64,000 bases of DNA from Tubiluchus corallicola (lineage: Eukaryota > Animalia > Priapulida): NCBI GenBank assembly GCA_030141605.1, contig JAQGDQ010000110.1, forward strand, positions 248,001 through 312,000, read 5' to 3'. A program made the translations under genes and the position numbers. The notes under the pieces were generated by a model. That model was not told the origin of the DNA and did not search any database. It worked only from the letters and a program-made list of their open reading frames with translations. Positions 15,201 through 27,849 of this stretch are shown one piece after another. Every line of letters begins with the position of its first letter. Positions within the stretch are counted from its first letter, which is position 1.

Positions 15201-18200
15201 TATAGGGGCAACTGCTTTAAGATACATGGCTGACTTGCGTCTACTTAGTCTTACAACCAATCCGTCGGCACCAATTTGTGGTCGTACTACCTTGTAGATT
15301 AATAAGTTATACCTCATGCAAAAAACTAAAGATGACAGGTACAGTTTGCTAGTTACTGATCAAAATAACCAAAGCAGTGAACTCTAATATTCTGTAGTCA
15401 TCTTTGCTTTTTGAACTAATATAGTACCACATTGTCTGACTCACCAAAGCACCAGCAAAATGTGGCCACGCATGATCATTATTAAAATCTCTCTTGGCCG
15501 TATGATATGACTGATATGCCAACTCGTAGATTTGAAACATAAAGCAAAGATCGGCTAGTCGACGTACTTGCAGCTCCGGCGCTTCCTGGCTATACCTGAA
15601 AAATTAAAAACGATCAAGCTTAGATGCCAATTAATATTAATTAGTTAGTTGTGAGCCACAAGCGAGCAGTCAGAAATATCATCAGGTCTTCATGACTATA
15701 ACTAGTCTAAAGTTCATCAGGCCATAACGACAATAAGACGTCAAAGTTCATCAGGCCTTAATGGCTACAAATAGTCCGAAATTCATCAGTCCACCTATAC
15801 AGCATGCAAAGACAAGCTGCTACGGTCATCAACATAAAGTAATTTACCCATTATGCTTATTGTTTGAATAGCTTACCCCAAGCCTGCAGTGTGAGTGCTG
15901 TGTCCGAATGTTGCCGGTTTATTTCCACCAAACCACTTCTTCGTTGCACTGAAAAATGACCGATGAATGCTCTTCCTCGAAACGAGCTATAAAAACAAAA
16001 AACAGTTGTAAGTTACACCTAAAAAAAGTTGGGTGAGATATATGTTGTTTATATGCTCTGATGCATTACCCTTCTGCCACGCAGTATCGACTAGTGACCT
16101 TCACAAACTGAACCCAGTTTCTAAGGAAGTCTTTTAAGGTGACATTGTAAAATACCCTTAATTTTCCCTAGGATTGTTTCACTAAAGCTGTCTTATTTCT
16201 ACAAGAATGATAGCAGTCGCAAAGCTGAACTCCTTTCCCATATACACTAAGCATACAGCTGCATGCATCAGTTATTTTGTAGAGTTTGACATTTTGCAAG
16301 TTGTTGAAGTCGAGCTCTCAGTGGCAGTGTTCAGAATATATGTGAATAATAAAATGCATTTAGTGCTAAAAAATACAAATAGGAATATGACACGGAATTT
16401 TCTCACCTGTTCGTGAAGTGTTCGTATCTGCCGCTCCACATACGGTATTAGTCCCCTCACACAGAAGTCATGAACAAACACACGAAGTCTATCGTGGTCA
16501 CTCAAACTTAAGCACATGCCGTGTGGCTGTTGCTTCCGCTGCTCGACACTGCTCTGAGGTTTTCCTGTAGTCATATCGAGCAATGACAGTTTCATAACGT
16601 ACATGTTATTGGGAGAAATCCCGTAAAACATCAGAACAATTATGAGAAACAAAGTTATTGGGAAACAGGATACCCAAAGATCAGTACTGACACTCAGCTA
16701 AACACAAAATGGCCTTCCTTCCATAAAAGATTTAGATAAAAAGGCAAGAAAAAGACACACTGTAAGTTTTGGAGTAACCATTAATAAATAATCTATGCAC
16801 AAAAAGAGGTCAATGGGTTAATGCTTTAGAGTCAATTGTGCGGAGTTTATTTGAGTCAAATGCCGACAGTTTTTATATACTTTTACATAGGAGCAGCCTG
16901 TAATAGAGGTTTTTGAGACAATTAGACGATTGATTCTACATTGCCGTGAGCCTAATTACTTTAGTATCAGAAAATACAGACGATCGGCAAATTTGGACTG
17001 ACGTCTCCACGGTTTTGCCTGGCAAGCCGAGATATGAGTGCACTAAGTAGAAAACAATGACAGTGGTACCATTATTAAAAATTACCAAAAAACAGCAATA
17101 GCAGCAATGGAGATGATAATAATAACAAACATGAAACAATGCATGATGAGAACATGATCATACCTGCAGTGTCCCCAGAATTAGAAGACAGTGGATCCAT
17201 ATTGGCTTTGTCCCGCACAGAATCCGTCGAAGCCGATTTCTCTTTCAAGTCACTGGGTGGTTCTTCATTATCAGGCGACAAAGGATGGTCAATTGTTTCT
17301 TCGACCGGTGTACTAGGTGGCGGTGCAACCTGATCTGAAAAGAAAACACAGTTAACAATGAATGGGACAATTAAGGAACATTACATTTGATGAGTAATTG
17401 AAAAGACTCCAAATACTTGCAGTGGAAATTTGAAAACATTCGAAATATTTGCAGTGCATATATTGCAATAAACATCAAAAATGCTTTTTAAATAACGAAC
17501 TACGGTTATAAATTTTTTTTAAACTAAAGCAACTAGATAAACTGCCTTAGCAATAAAAGTGCATGTTTCTGATGCTGATGTAATGGTTAACATACTGCCA
17601 AGAAACCCAGTGGTGCAGTGGTGGTGCAAAATTTTTCACACTTTCTAATAAGCCTTTTCACAGTTCCAGTGATTGATGATGACTGTGAAAAAGTCAAAGG
17701 TTAAGTGTACCAGACAATGCATTTGTGCACACTCAGCAACACCTCTTGGCTATTGTAATAGTAACAATTTTAACAGCTAACTAGAACCTTACTCAGTTCA
17801 TTTTTTAATTTTTTCTTTAGTTGCAAGATCCTGCTACTAGATCATTCTTTGCACAGACTAATGCATAACTAAGTAAAGTCCACATAAAGCAACTGAAGTT
17901 AATGAACTGACTTGGCAGACGACTTTGTTTTACACACGTCACATGACGGGTTGTAGTTGAGATGCCTTGTTATGGTTCACTTAACCTTTGACTTACAGCA
18001 AGTGCGCGTGTGTACAAAGAAAGATAAAGCATGATGTTTCATTCACGTTGTCTGCAAATTAGAAGTTTTTTACACATACATGAAATTTTTGAGCTACAGA
18101 ATCTTTTCATTGCCTTGATTTTAAGTGTCTATCAAACATGTAAATTCAATCAACATTAAATGCACCCAGATGAAGGGCAAGAGCAGTTAAGTTACTTACT

Positions 18201-21200
18201 GCTCCATAATAATCAATTAAATATTTTATTATCAAAATAAGCAGTAACCTTCATAAGCTTCAGCTGCATTTTCGACCACTCCCACAGAAATATGTACAAG
18301 TCCACTTCCCTTTTCTGGAGAAACACTTGCTTCTGTCAACTGACTGGGAAGGTCTTCCAAATCTAGCACAACGTCAGCAGGTGAAACGTCAGCTTGTGTG
18401 GCGCTAGTAGCCTGGTCAGTTTCTTCTGCCACATCCTGAAAAATAAACGCAACTCAGGAAACTTGAACAAAGTGAAATAATAAAGATTCGTACGATTATC
18501 AAAATATGACACTTGGAATTCTTTAGTAAACATCAGAAACTCAGTGGAGTTGAAGTATGCTGATCAAATCACAAGAAAATGCAGATGAGTGTTAATTGTT
18601 AAGTTAAATAGTGAAAGATTATACTTCAATAGCTGCTGGAATTATGCTGTTAACTTGCAGACACAAGGGATAGCGATGCTATGAAAAGTGATGTATGTAC
18701 TGCACATGTTTTGGTAAAAGCCATTTTGGTAAAAGACTTTTTTGTGAGCTGAAGTTGTATGACATGAATACTGCTACATTGCTGTAATGATTCTGCTAGC
18801 TAGCTAACACATGTTGACTGTAAGACCACGAAAAGATTTAACTCCGACAAAGTTAAATAATTCCGAGAAACCACTTCAAAGAAAATTTAAAATGTGCCAC
18901 AAATAAAGCCGCACATTGCTTACGTTTACTGTTATTTTCCTTGAGATGTACTGGCACCATGGATCTGGCATTTTATCATGCGCACTAAGCTGTGAAGTCT
19001 TTGGGTTGCAAGAATTGATCTGTAGCAGATGACAAGCGTGAGCACCATACGTTGACTTCATGCTCTGATATACAGCTTCTGCCCTAAAGTAGCGAAAATT
19101 ATGTTACATCAAACTAACATTAATAAGACGCTAAAAATCAAATTACAGCACATTAGTGCTCTGTATTAGAAATATGCAGAACATGTTGCAATATTAGCTG
19201 TTGTTCATAACACTATTCAAAAGATTTAAATTATTTATATCCACATTTACAGAATGCAATGATCATTATACATCCTAAGTGAACTATAAGACAAGAACTA
19301 GTAAGCATGCAAAATACATGCAATAGTACGTATGCATCATTTTCAATTGGCACTACTATTTAAAAGTAATGGTATTCCTTGAGTAGGTTTGCTGATAGTT
19401 CAGTTCCTTTAAAATGAATTTTCCCGACTGCAAAATGTCAGCAGCATATAAATCAAAAGTAAAAAAATAATGAAAAAAAAGATGCATAAGCAAAAACTAA
19501 AATTTATTTTGGTCTACAATATTGACATCTCTTGCTGTGTATATTAAACTGCATATGAAATATATGAAGATTAATAATACCAGCATCAAATTGTGATTTC
19601 TGCTAGCAAGCCTTCTTTTTTTACTAAATTTTTTCACTATAGTATAAATAGCTGTATAATAAAATGTGGAATATCACTTCATTGATTTGTACTAGTTACA
19701 TTTTATTGTGACTGGTTTAAAAAAGAGACTGGGCACAGTGGAAGTTAAATATTAATAAACTCTGAGTTTCACCATTGAAAACAACACCCAGCAGTGGAAA
19801 ACAGCCAAATGTTCTTAAAAAAACTTTCCTTATAAAAGTGCCAAAAGGATGCAAAGTTCCCACAAAACAAAAAAACCAAATTCTGAAACCATGACATGGC
19901 ACGTTTTAACTATGTGATTCTGCATAGTTTCTTTATACATTTACAGTAATCAGGATGCCCTTTCCTCATCAAGGTACTTTGAATTTGCTGGAGACTTTTT
20001 GTCATTCCACTACTCTACTAATGCACATGGTAACAATGATGCTACATAGTTTGACTAACACATGCCAGTAATTTCTATAGTATTAACATTCAGCCTGTCA
20101 GAGAATATAAAGCAAAAAAAGCTTTCTGATAGATAGAAGTTACAAAACCACGTATGCCAATGACAGCAAAAAGTAAAACGATTCAGCTTTCCAACTATGA
20201 AGTGTAGAAAAAGGCAGCACAACATGAGCAAAAGACTGAGAAATGTAACATAGCAAGTAATCAAGCTTTAGGTCAAGCGGATAAAATCCTCTTTTAGCAA
20301 AGTAACAAGTTAGCAGTGCTAAGATTAGTAATAATTAGTATTTGCCATTATTTCATTGTCGCAGTCAGAATAGCCTGTCATCTCATATGACGTTTAAAGG
20401 AAAAGGCAAATGTTTTTACGCTGATCTGAAAACTGATCTATTCACACAAAATTAGATCACTTTATGCAAACATTGGTATATTTAAGCGTTCTTACAGTAA
20501 TGCAAGAAATGTAAAAAATAACAAAGAAATAAATACAAGGTTGTATAAATCTACATTGGTCACCTTTGTATATTTTTGCATCAACTAGCTAAGTGGACAA
20601 GGGGGTGAATCTTGTCTATAGTGCTATACATACTAAAAAATACTATAAAGGTTATGTGTGAAAGAATACAAATATATATTCTTCACTATTACACAAAAGT
20701 AGTTGGCACAAAATTATTATAAATTTGATTGACGATTTTTACTTTGTAAAACCTATAAAGATTCTGGTAAAACAATAAAAATATACATGAAACTATATCG
20801 AGGCCACAAATTTATTTGCCTTTCCTTTAAACACTCAGAGATGCACAATTAAGCACTAGTTTCAAACTTAATAGAGTATTAATCCTACACCGTGTTTGTT
20901 AAGACGTTACCAAGAGATCTCATTTTCATACTTAGACTCCTCCCCATCAGTCACATCATGCAACAGTACGTAATATTTGAACACGTTTGGACAAAACCAG
21001 CTGTTTGTCTTCTTCTGATGCTGTTGCTGATGCTGGTGCAGGCTGAGCTTGTGAAATGCATCCAGAGGATCCACGTGGTTTGTGGAGACGACAAATATAC
21101 CTTCGAAATACTTTGTCAAGGACACATAAATGTGAAAAAAACATAAATTTTCACAAAAAATGTGAAGACGCATAGTACATATGTCATGTCTACATAAATT

Positions 21201-24200
21201 ACGTAAAATTTCTGAATGCCAAATCCTCATCTAACAAAATAAAAAATTCACCAAAATGCAATGCTAAGGGTAAATGCCATTAAGGGTAAATGTTCATGTA
21301 ATGGTAACACCATTAAATGAAACCATATTAGATTATATTAGATTAGATTCTATTTGTCTCATTTAAAGTTACACATTTAAAGTTATAGTAATATACAATG
21401 TTTGTTTAAGATGATGAACACTACATTGAGACAGTACAGTAATATCATGTGCATCAATATCATAAATCAATAATGTTTGGCTCATCTGCTTTGTTGCTTA
21501 CATTTCTACAATATTTCAAGTTACTTAATTTCTTGCATGCATATTTTAAATTCTATTATAAATTGTCACTTAAGGCATATATGCTATATTCTTCTGACAG
21601 CATTAGTTGCTAGAAAAAAATGACACTGTAAATACACCAGATTTACCTAAATAGTAGAATTTTACAACAAACACATGAAGTTTACAAAAAACTTGAAATT
21701 TTCAACAGCTATTGAAAAGGATACAAGCTAGGTAAGCTCGTATAAACTCATGATCAGACTGTGGTAACGACTGTAGGAAAACATCTCTATAGAGTTCAAA
21801 CCACGGAGTAGATGCTAAAACAAGAACCAGAAATTACTGTTAGTAAGTGAAATAATTTATATGTATTTAGTATATGCTGAACATTGTGCTAGCACAAAAA
21901 TTTGAAAAAAAAACTAGAAAGTTTTTTCCAGGACCTTGCTACACATTAAGAAACAAACAAGTTCATAATTGCTTACACTAATTATTTTTTTAAATAACTC
22001 ATGCACTGAACTGTAACTTACAATAGTTCGGCACCTTTGTTGTGTTACATACAGGTATAAATCTAGATACTAATGAAATGAAGACTGCTTGTTGTTGATG
22101 TTAAATTACCAAACTGCAGCAAATATTTTCATAAATTTTACCAGTGTAAAGCCAGATTCTGATGCACTGCCACCAAAAAAATTAATTACTGCATGGCATT
22201 GCTATAGATAACTACCCATACCTTAGATGAGCCAATGCCAATACATTTGACCATTTTCGTTTTGTCAATTTGCTGATGGCGATACTTATGTAAATGGTTT
22301 AAGAGTGCATATGTAATGCATCTGCAATTCAGTTTTATAAATGTATAGAAGAAAACTTTGAAGATATTCATATATTTGTACATACATTTATCCATTCTTA
22401 CCATTAATCTGTATATTATATTCACCAGTCATAATAACATTGTTGTCGTTCGCTACTGGCTGTGAATTGGCCACAATCTCAGTAAGTATCTTCCGTGAAA
22501 GAGATGGATTTGGAATGCTCGAGTTGAAATCCGTCATCATAACTTGCAGATTGTGTACAGCATGAGCTAGATTGCTGGGGTCCTTGATGTGGACTGAAAT
22601 ATTGAAGCATTCGTGTAAACTTAAAAAGCTATTTTTTTCAAATGCTATCATTCAAGAAAAATGTTTTGATAATTTTTAATGAAAAAATTTGTTTATATTT
22701 TCTTTATTACAGGTCAAAATCATGCCCACCAGATAATGCCTATCAATTTGTCATCAAATTAAATATTAATTCAACCCTAACAGCAAAGTAAACAATCCAA
22801 TATTAATTATCAAATGATGGTTAAATCACACTAGAGTGATGCATTGCCTAGTTTCTATTCTTTAGTTTCAATTTCAAACTACGAGTTTAGGTCTACACAG
22901 GCACTATGAGGTCTACTAGTGATTAGAATGCTATAGACTTGAATCCAACAGCATCTCATTCAAATCAAAGCTCAGCTGCCATTTCTTTACGCATCCTTCT
23001 TTAAGTTTGATTTCAAAAATGCAATAATTGCTGATTTATTACATCCAACCTCAGCCCAAGGCTTCCCAGAAGCCCAGAAAGAAAATCTTCCAGGGCACTA
23101 AAATTCAATGAGATAACAAAAATTTAAAAAATACTTAAAAATTACACAAACTGCCTCAATATCTCTTAGCACCAAATATTACATTCTACAAATAATAGTG
23201 CTGCACATGCAATGTAAATGTACATTGTTCTAGTATAGACCTGTTCCTTACTTATGATCACAGTTTTTCAATTTCAATCACTAAAACTTGATTATTTCAT
23301 ACAGATACATTCTTTACATGAAAATTGTTCATTGACTCACACTTAGCTGATTTTGTCCACAGATATGTTCAGTTTTCCTTTAAGAGCAAAAACTAAAGAG
23401 AATGCGCTCTATAGAAATTGGCAATACTGTAACAGATTTATTAAATCTGACTCGCAATTTAAAGTTTGAGCCTGCTCATACCAAATTCCTAATGACTAGA
23501 CGAATTCAAAGTTAGACTTGAAAAGGTATCCTAAATGTGCACATTATTACAACAAACAATATCACAGTTTGGAATTTTAATTTTATTCCAAAAACAGCTA
23601 CGACAGAGGATTAATATGCAACTAAATAATCAGTAAAGCGATGGTGTGGAGAAAGACCAATGTGAGATTACCGACAGAAAACATCAAACTGCACATATTT
23701 AAGCAAAATAAACTATTTTATTAAAAACAGTAAAGAAGTTTAATAGCATAGACTCATCTGCTAAAGAGGGTAATGTTACAGCTGGCTTACAACCAGGAAG
23801 CCCAGATTGGGCAGAGGCTAACAGTTAAGTAGTAATGCCTATGTCACAAGTAAGATGGAACCAAAGTGACACAAATATGTTGCATTAAATGATCGTTTTA
23901 ATGCTTTTTAAGAATGTTTTAGTGACATGGAAAGTTCATGTCATGCAAGTTATACATGTTATATGTATACATATGTTACATTATATCTTATACATGCACG
24001 AATCATGTATAGTGTTGTTTAAATGTTGTCTATATTGTCTTTCCATTGGTCTGTACAGTTTATTTCACGTTTATATAATTTTAGTTAGGCCTATTTTAAA
24101 GTCGAATTACCATTTAGTGATTTTTGCTTTTTAGGGGTGAATGATTTTATAGGCGTAGTTTTTACCTAAAATTTCTTACGTATTCTTTATCTGTTGGTTT

Positions 24201-24627
24201 GTAAAACCTTCATACGTCATATAAGTTATAGTTATAGCTTAAATCGTATATCATAGCTTGTTTATTGTTTGTAGGATCCACCGAGTGTGCACACTGCAGT
24301 CGTTTGCTTTAACTAATAATATTTTTACTACTGTAGATTGACGTGTGGGAAATATTCAAAGCAATATTAATATGCAAAATAGCGTCTCAGACCTTGACAC
24401 TTTCTGTACTGTAGACACACCTAGCCAAGTTATGACAGGTAATCATAAATCAATAGCGATACAAATTTACCTTCAGACGTCAGCTTACTAAATGGCTGAA
24501 CAAGTTCGATAAATGTTAAATTATTCTTCTGGCAAATAGTATCCGAATCCTCGGAGCAAAACACAGCTACCATGGGGCTAAAAGTGCTCTGTATGAATTC
24601 ATGAACGCTTTGCTTACAATCTGCCAT
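223..24627 (-). CDS. TRAPPC8: Trafficking protein particle complex subunit 8 (TRAPPIII subunit, Trs85 ortholog); 29 coding exons, ~1456 aa
   Basis: Hand-spliced exons in transcript order: 24471-24627, 22402-22593, 21725-21814, 20932-21100, 18924-19083, 18249-18435, 17164-17334, 16407-16564, 15877-15986, 15445-15595, 14600-14703, 13625-13730, 13161-13292, 11140-11364, 10438-10555, 9069-9263, 8275-8405, 7819-7887, 7025-7201, 6499-6606, 5655-6025, 4925-5057, 4235-4403, 3915-3964, 2967-3098, 1879-1986, 1549-1679, 762-842, 223-508. All GT-AG, phases consistent, total 4371 nt. Recognisable peptides: MADCKQSVHEFIQSTFSPMVAV, STPWFELYRDVFL..SDHEFI..YLAC, APELQVRRLADLCF, SDLRSALLLEQAAHCF..RKYAFHMILAGHRFSKAGQ, WSLAEDHINFTIGRQ, QGPRLNNTK. 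Confidence 0.95.
1156..1285. repeat. Two-copy ~66-bp tandem duplication in a TRAPPC8 intron
   Basis: AGCATTAGTTAGTAGGCT(A/G)TTTCTTTTGGACT..CCTGCAT...AATGCAA.GATGCAGTTTTA starts at 1156 and again at 1222. Confidence 0.85.
3528..3641. mobile_element. Possible degenerate PIF/Harbinger-type MITE
   Basis: Left end GGACCCAATTTCATAAACCTGTCACT imperfectly matches the reverse complement of the right end AGTGACGCCTTTGTGAAGCCAGCCCC; many mismatches. Confidence 0.3.
3717..3770 (-). pseudogene. Degenerate 5S rRNA internal-control-region fragment
   Basis: Minus strand reads GAAATTAAGCATTGCTCAGCCTGGTCCGTAAGTGGATGTGTGACTCC, colinear with GAAGTTAAACAACATAGAGCCTGGTTAGTACTTGGATGGGTGACCGCC of the 5S copy at 61826-61945. 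Confidence 0.6.
6252..6326 (+). mobile_element. Degenerate tRNA-like sequence (probable tRNA-derived SINE head or tRNA pseudogene)
   Basis: A-box-like TGGCATAATGG (~6260-6270), B-box-like GGATCAAATCC (~6306-6316), acceptor-stem-like GAATGTG/TGCATTC ends, anticodon-arm-like TCTG..TGTAAA.CAGA. Stems imperfect. Confidence 0.55.
11309..11456 (-). repeat. Tandem duplication of the TRAPPC8 exon-14 splice acceptor plus the first ~56 nt of the exon
   Basis: 11309-11380 TTACGACCTTTGTACACTTGCAGGGCATGACTGTACGCTCGTAATGCATGTTTTCTCTGAAACAAAACGAGG versus 11382-11456 TTACGACCTTTGTACACTTGCAGAGCGACTGTACGCTCATAATGCAGGTTTCTCTTTCTCTGAAACAAAACCAGG. Confidence 0.9.
11604..11906. repeat. Minisatellite of interleaved 15-bp and 17-bp units (AGCATACTGCAAGCC / AGGCATACTGCAAGCC-type variants)
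   Basis: Roughly 19 copies of the core GCATACTGCAAGCCA(G). Explains the stack of overlapping low-complexity ORFs at 11515-12050. Confidence 0.95.
15675..15790. repeat. Degenerate ~35-bp tandem repeat, about 3 copies
   Basis: Recurring AAAGTTCATCAGGCC-like heads at ~15675, 15709, 15743 and 15779 with related intervening sequence. Confidence 0.7.
21101..21724 (-). other. U12-type (minor spliceosome) GT-AG intron of TRAPPC8 (between coding exons 3 and 4)
   Basis: 5' splice site GTATCCTTTT begins at 21724 (minus). Branch site TCCTTGAC at 21122-21115, 14 nt before the 3' junction, with no polypyrimidine tract. Splicing restores YLA-C-IFVVS. Confidence 0.9.
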
Positions 24628-24759
24628 GGCAAAGTTTTAATAAAATAACGGTATTCCCAACAGCAGCTTTATTGGATTTCACAAAAATTAAAACAACAAT
24701 ATTTTCGATAATTCATTTAAACGGAGACTTCAACAGCATGAGTTGTTAAGCAAACAACG

Positions 24760-24860
24760 TAATGCAGCCATATTCGAACTTTTTTCTCTGCTTGATCTCA
24801 ATGAGATCGCGATGTTGCAGCGATTTCGGTGCCTTCACAGCGTCGGGTTCAGCTGCACAG
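24760..24860. promoter_or_regulatory. Probable TRAPPC8 proximal promoter/5' UTR region (CpG-rich patch with YY1-like motif)
   Basis: Local CpG enrichment (GAGATCGCGATG, GCGATTTCGG, GCGTCGGG) against a CpG-poor background. AATATGGCTGC on the minus strand at ~24764-24774, about 140 nt upstream of the ATG. Confidence 0.4.
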
Positions 24861-26469
24861 TATCTTCACAAGTCCTCAAAAAAGAAGTGAAGAATTACAT
24901 GTTAAAGAGGGAGAAATAAAGAATGTTGATCATCAAAAGTATTTAGATGATTACATTGCAGTACAAGAAACCTATGATGTGAGTACAAAAAAGAAGTAAG
25001 AAAACAAGGTACATTAAAAGGGAAATCATGAACTAGAGTAATAAAAACGAATCAGCATAATTACGCAAATCAGATTATTAGTTTATGAAACAATGAATAT
25101 TCCCACGTTACTAACAAAATATGGGCGTATGGGGTACACAATACATAGAATGTTAAAACCAAGTACATGTACGTTACTAGGGTATGTTGATGATTTGTGG
25201 AACGTGGCCAATAAAACAATGAGTGCACTATAAACAGTTGATGTGACTAATAACTTTACATGTGTCATCAGACGGTAGAGATGAAAAGAAAGTGTTAACG
25301 AGTGTGCAAAAAAGCAAAGTACCAGGTATTTGGATAATAATTAGACAAGAGTTAGGGTGTTATTATAATTATTATGTTTGTTGTGAGCACGTGAAGGATG
25401 TATAGAGCGGTATTAGTAAGCGAAGCATGGGCGAGCATTAGTGAAATAAATATGAAAAAAAGGCTATTAAGGTTACACAATATCTCATATTTCATCAGTT
25501 CATAAATTCCACAATAACACATTTATCCTTCTATATAAACAAATAATAAGCATCGGGGTAGAAGTTTCGTATTTCTTCAAGTTTAGTCACATTCTTGCGA
25601 GTGTATCTGTTTTGTCTTCAATTGTCACTTAATGGATTGAGTTTCTGCACACGCTGCATCTTATGTCGTCTATAAAAGATCTTTTTATCTTTCTGGAGCA
25701 GCAAGTGGCTACATTTCTTTGCGGTTATTATTGATGAGAACTGCCTTGGGACAATATGATTCTTCACAACAAAGCTACACGTCCGTACTTTTCACACTCT
25801 TCTGCCCGACTCTGCCACACTCACCAAATTTGCTCATTTCGGGCTATTCTATGTACTCTGATGTAGTATTGCGTGAGCATCACCTATAGCTACTTGGTTG
25901 CTACAAAAATGATTAATTTTCAGTGATAATTTTTTTGTAAGATAGAGCAGGAGTTTTATAACTTAGGTTGTGAATCATGTATACCTCAATTTTGATACCT
26001 CAGCAAAAGGTCTTTTAAATGATCAAAAATAGTTCATCTCTTCAGGTTAATGTCTTGTTTGTGACTGCTTTTTCTGCTAATATCTTTGCTGACTTAATTA
26101 GTCCATATACGTGTAATCACTAATCAGTACTAATAATGTATATTGCCAAAATATTGCCAAATTCAGCCTACGGTGCTGACGGAACGTAGGAATATAGTTA
26201 TCTATGGCATGTGCCGAGCTCCGAAAAGATTTCCTGTACTTAAACCAAAGTTTTAGAACGAATTCAACGAAAATGTTGATTCGAATTTCAAGAGCAGACG
26301 ATATGAATGGTAACCGAGAAGTAAAGTATGAAAATGCCTCAGTTGTAACAAAGTACAAAATATAAAAGTGTAATTGTAATATAGTGTTGACGCACCATGG
26401 TCTTTTAATCTAATATTACTATTTGTTATGAGTAATGTTAGATGTTGTGAGTAGATAAGATAGCCATAC

Positions 26470-26840
26470 ATAATTAAATTTGAAGATTTATACACCAGAA
26501 CGAAAAAACTTCTTGGAGTTCAAAAGTCAAGATCCGAAGATTAAGATGGCCAGGACATCTAAGACTACCAAATGAAGCACCAGTAAGAATCGCCTTACAA
26601 TACTCTCGCACTAATATCACTATGATATTCATACCTCATTTCTTCTCGTGTTGTGGGCACTCTTGGAATTCACTTGGACTTCGCAAGGGAGCCTTCAAAC
26701 CTTGCAAAAAACCACCTGGCAAACTAAAAACAACTTTGATAGCTAAGATAAATAAAGATGTTTAACAAGTTCAACCAAATCTATCTTTAGGAGTAGAACT
26801 TACGCTGTTAGCTGCAGATAGAAGTGGGTGGAATACTCTA
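26470..26840 (+). mobile_element. Decayed 3' end of an RTE-like non-LTR retrotransposon
   Basis: Frameshifted translation gives EDLYTRTK..SWSSKVKIRRLRWPGHLRLPNEAPVRIAL, then KKPPGKLKTTLIAKINKD and LAADRSGW. This matches the RRLRW.GH / RP.GRP..TW / A.DR..W pattern at the C-terminus of RTE-clade ORFs. Confidence 0.7.
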
Positions 26841-27849
26841 ATAAAAAATAATCTAATAAATGTTGATGCCTCAGTGCTTACAATAGATGGAATGAGACTT
26901 TGAAGAAGAAGAAGAAAGATGTCAGAATTTTCAAATACCATGGTGTGGGTTTGATTATTTTTAGTATTTCATTCTGAGTAATCCAATCCACTACTAGGCC
27001 TACACTAGTCCTTAGACTCAGTGTCACCAGAAAATGTAACAGCCGCTATGCTGGTGTCACTCATTTATCGAACGTTTCTATGATTTACTGATTTAAATAA
27101 GGTCAGTTGATTTTTTTCAAGATCAATAGAATTAATACAAATTTATAAAGGGGAAGAAAGGGAAATTTTAAAGTATATCCCAAAGAACATTCCATACGAA
27201 GTTATGTTAGCACTATGCTTACCTATTTGAAATGCGTATGTAATTACGAAAGAAAATTCTAATAATTTAACATGTTCGCCCCCACCTTGCAAAATGTCCT
27301 TTGTATACCCCGTATCAAAATCAAATTGTGACAAATGTTCAACAGGGTGACCATCGTGTTGCACCATCTGTCGCAATCCTTTGGTTTGGAAAGTTTGCAT
27401 TCAAGAACTGAAGGATAACTAATTTAAACCCCACTGTAGTAGTCCACCATCTTGTTGGTAAATGACACATGGCTGAAACTGTTCTGACACCTCCATGCAA
27501 CATAATGCTGTAACATGTTTAGGCAAACATTTACTAAAATTGTTGTCTTGACAAAGATTTACTAAAATAGTGGTCTTGAAAAAGAAGAAAAGTTCGAGAA
27601 CTTTGTTATGCTGGTACTGATGATTACAGCCTTTTTATACCAATGATTACAGCGTTACTTGTAGAGGAAATGTCTACAATATTCGGAAGAAAATCTATGA
27701 ACACGTCTTCACAATGCAGTAATATTTGCATTTCTATCTAGAACATTTTTGGTCTTCTAGATATGATTTTCCATAATCAGGAAAAGACTTTGTGTTATAT
27801 ACTATTTTTTATATTGTCCCAAACATAAATTCTCGTATGTCTTATAGAG

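Noticed and set aside
15675-15790. CRISPR-like repeat/spacer appearance
   Set aside because: Eukaryotic intron, the spacers are related to each other, and no cas genes are present; it is a degenerate tandem repeat.
17164-18435. Acidic Ser/Pro-rich TRAPPC8 exons 6-7 as a novel insertion
   Set aside because: A poorly conserved, disordered linker at this position is expected for TRAPPC8, and the total protein length is normal.
24801-24985. Short plus-strand ORFs and a GT donor at ~24979 as an upstream RdRP coding exon
   Set aside because: The frame open up to the donor has no ATG and the ATG-initiated frames stop early; at most a non-coding exon.
27143-27400. 85-aa minus-strand ORF between TRAPPC8 and RdRP
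   Set aside because: No recognisable motif or convincing splice context in any frame.
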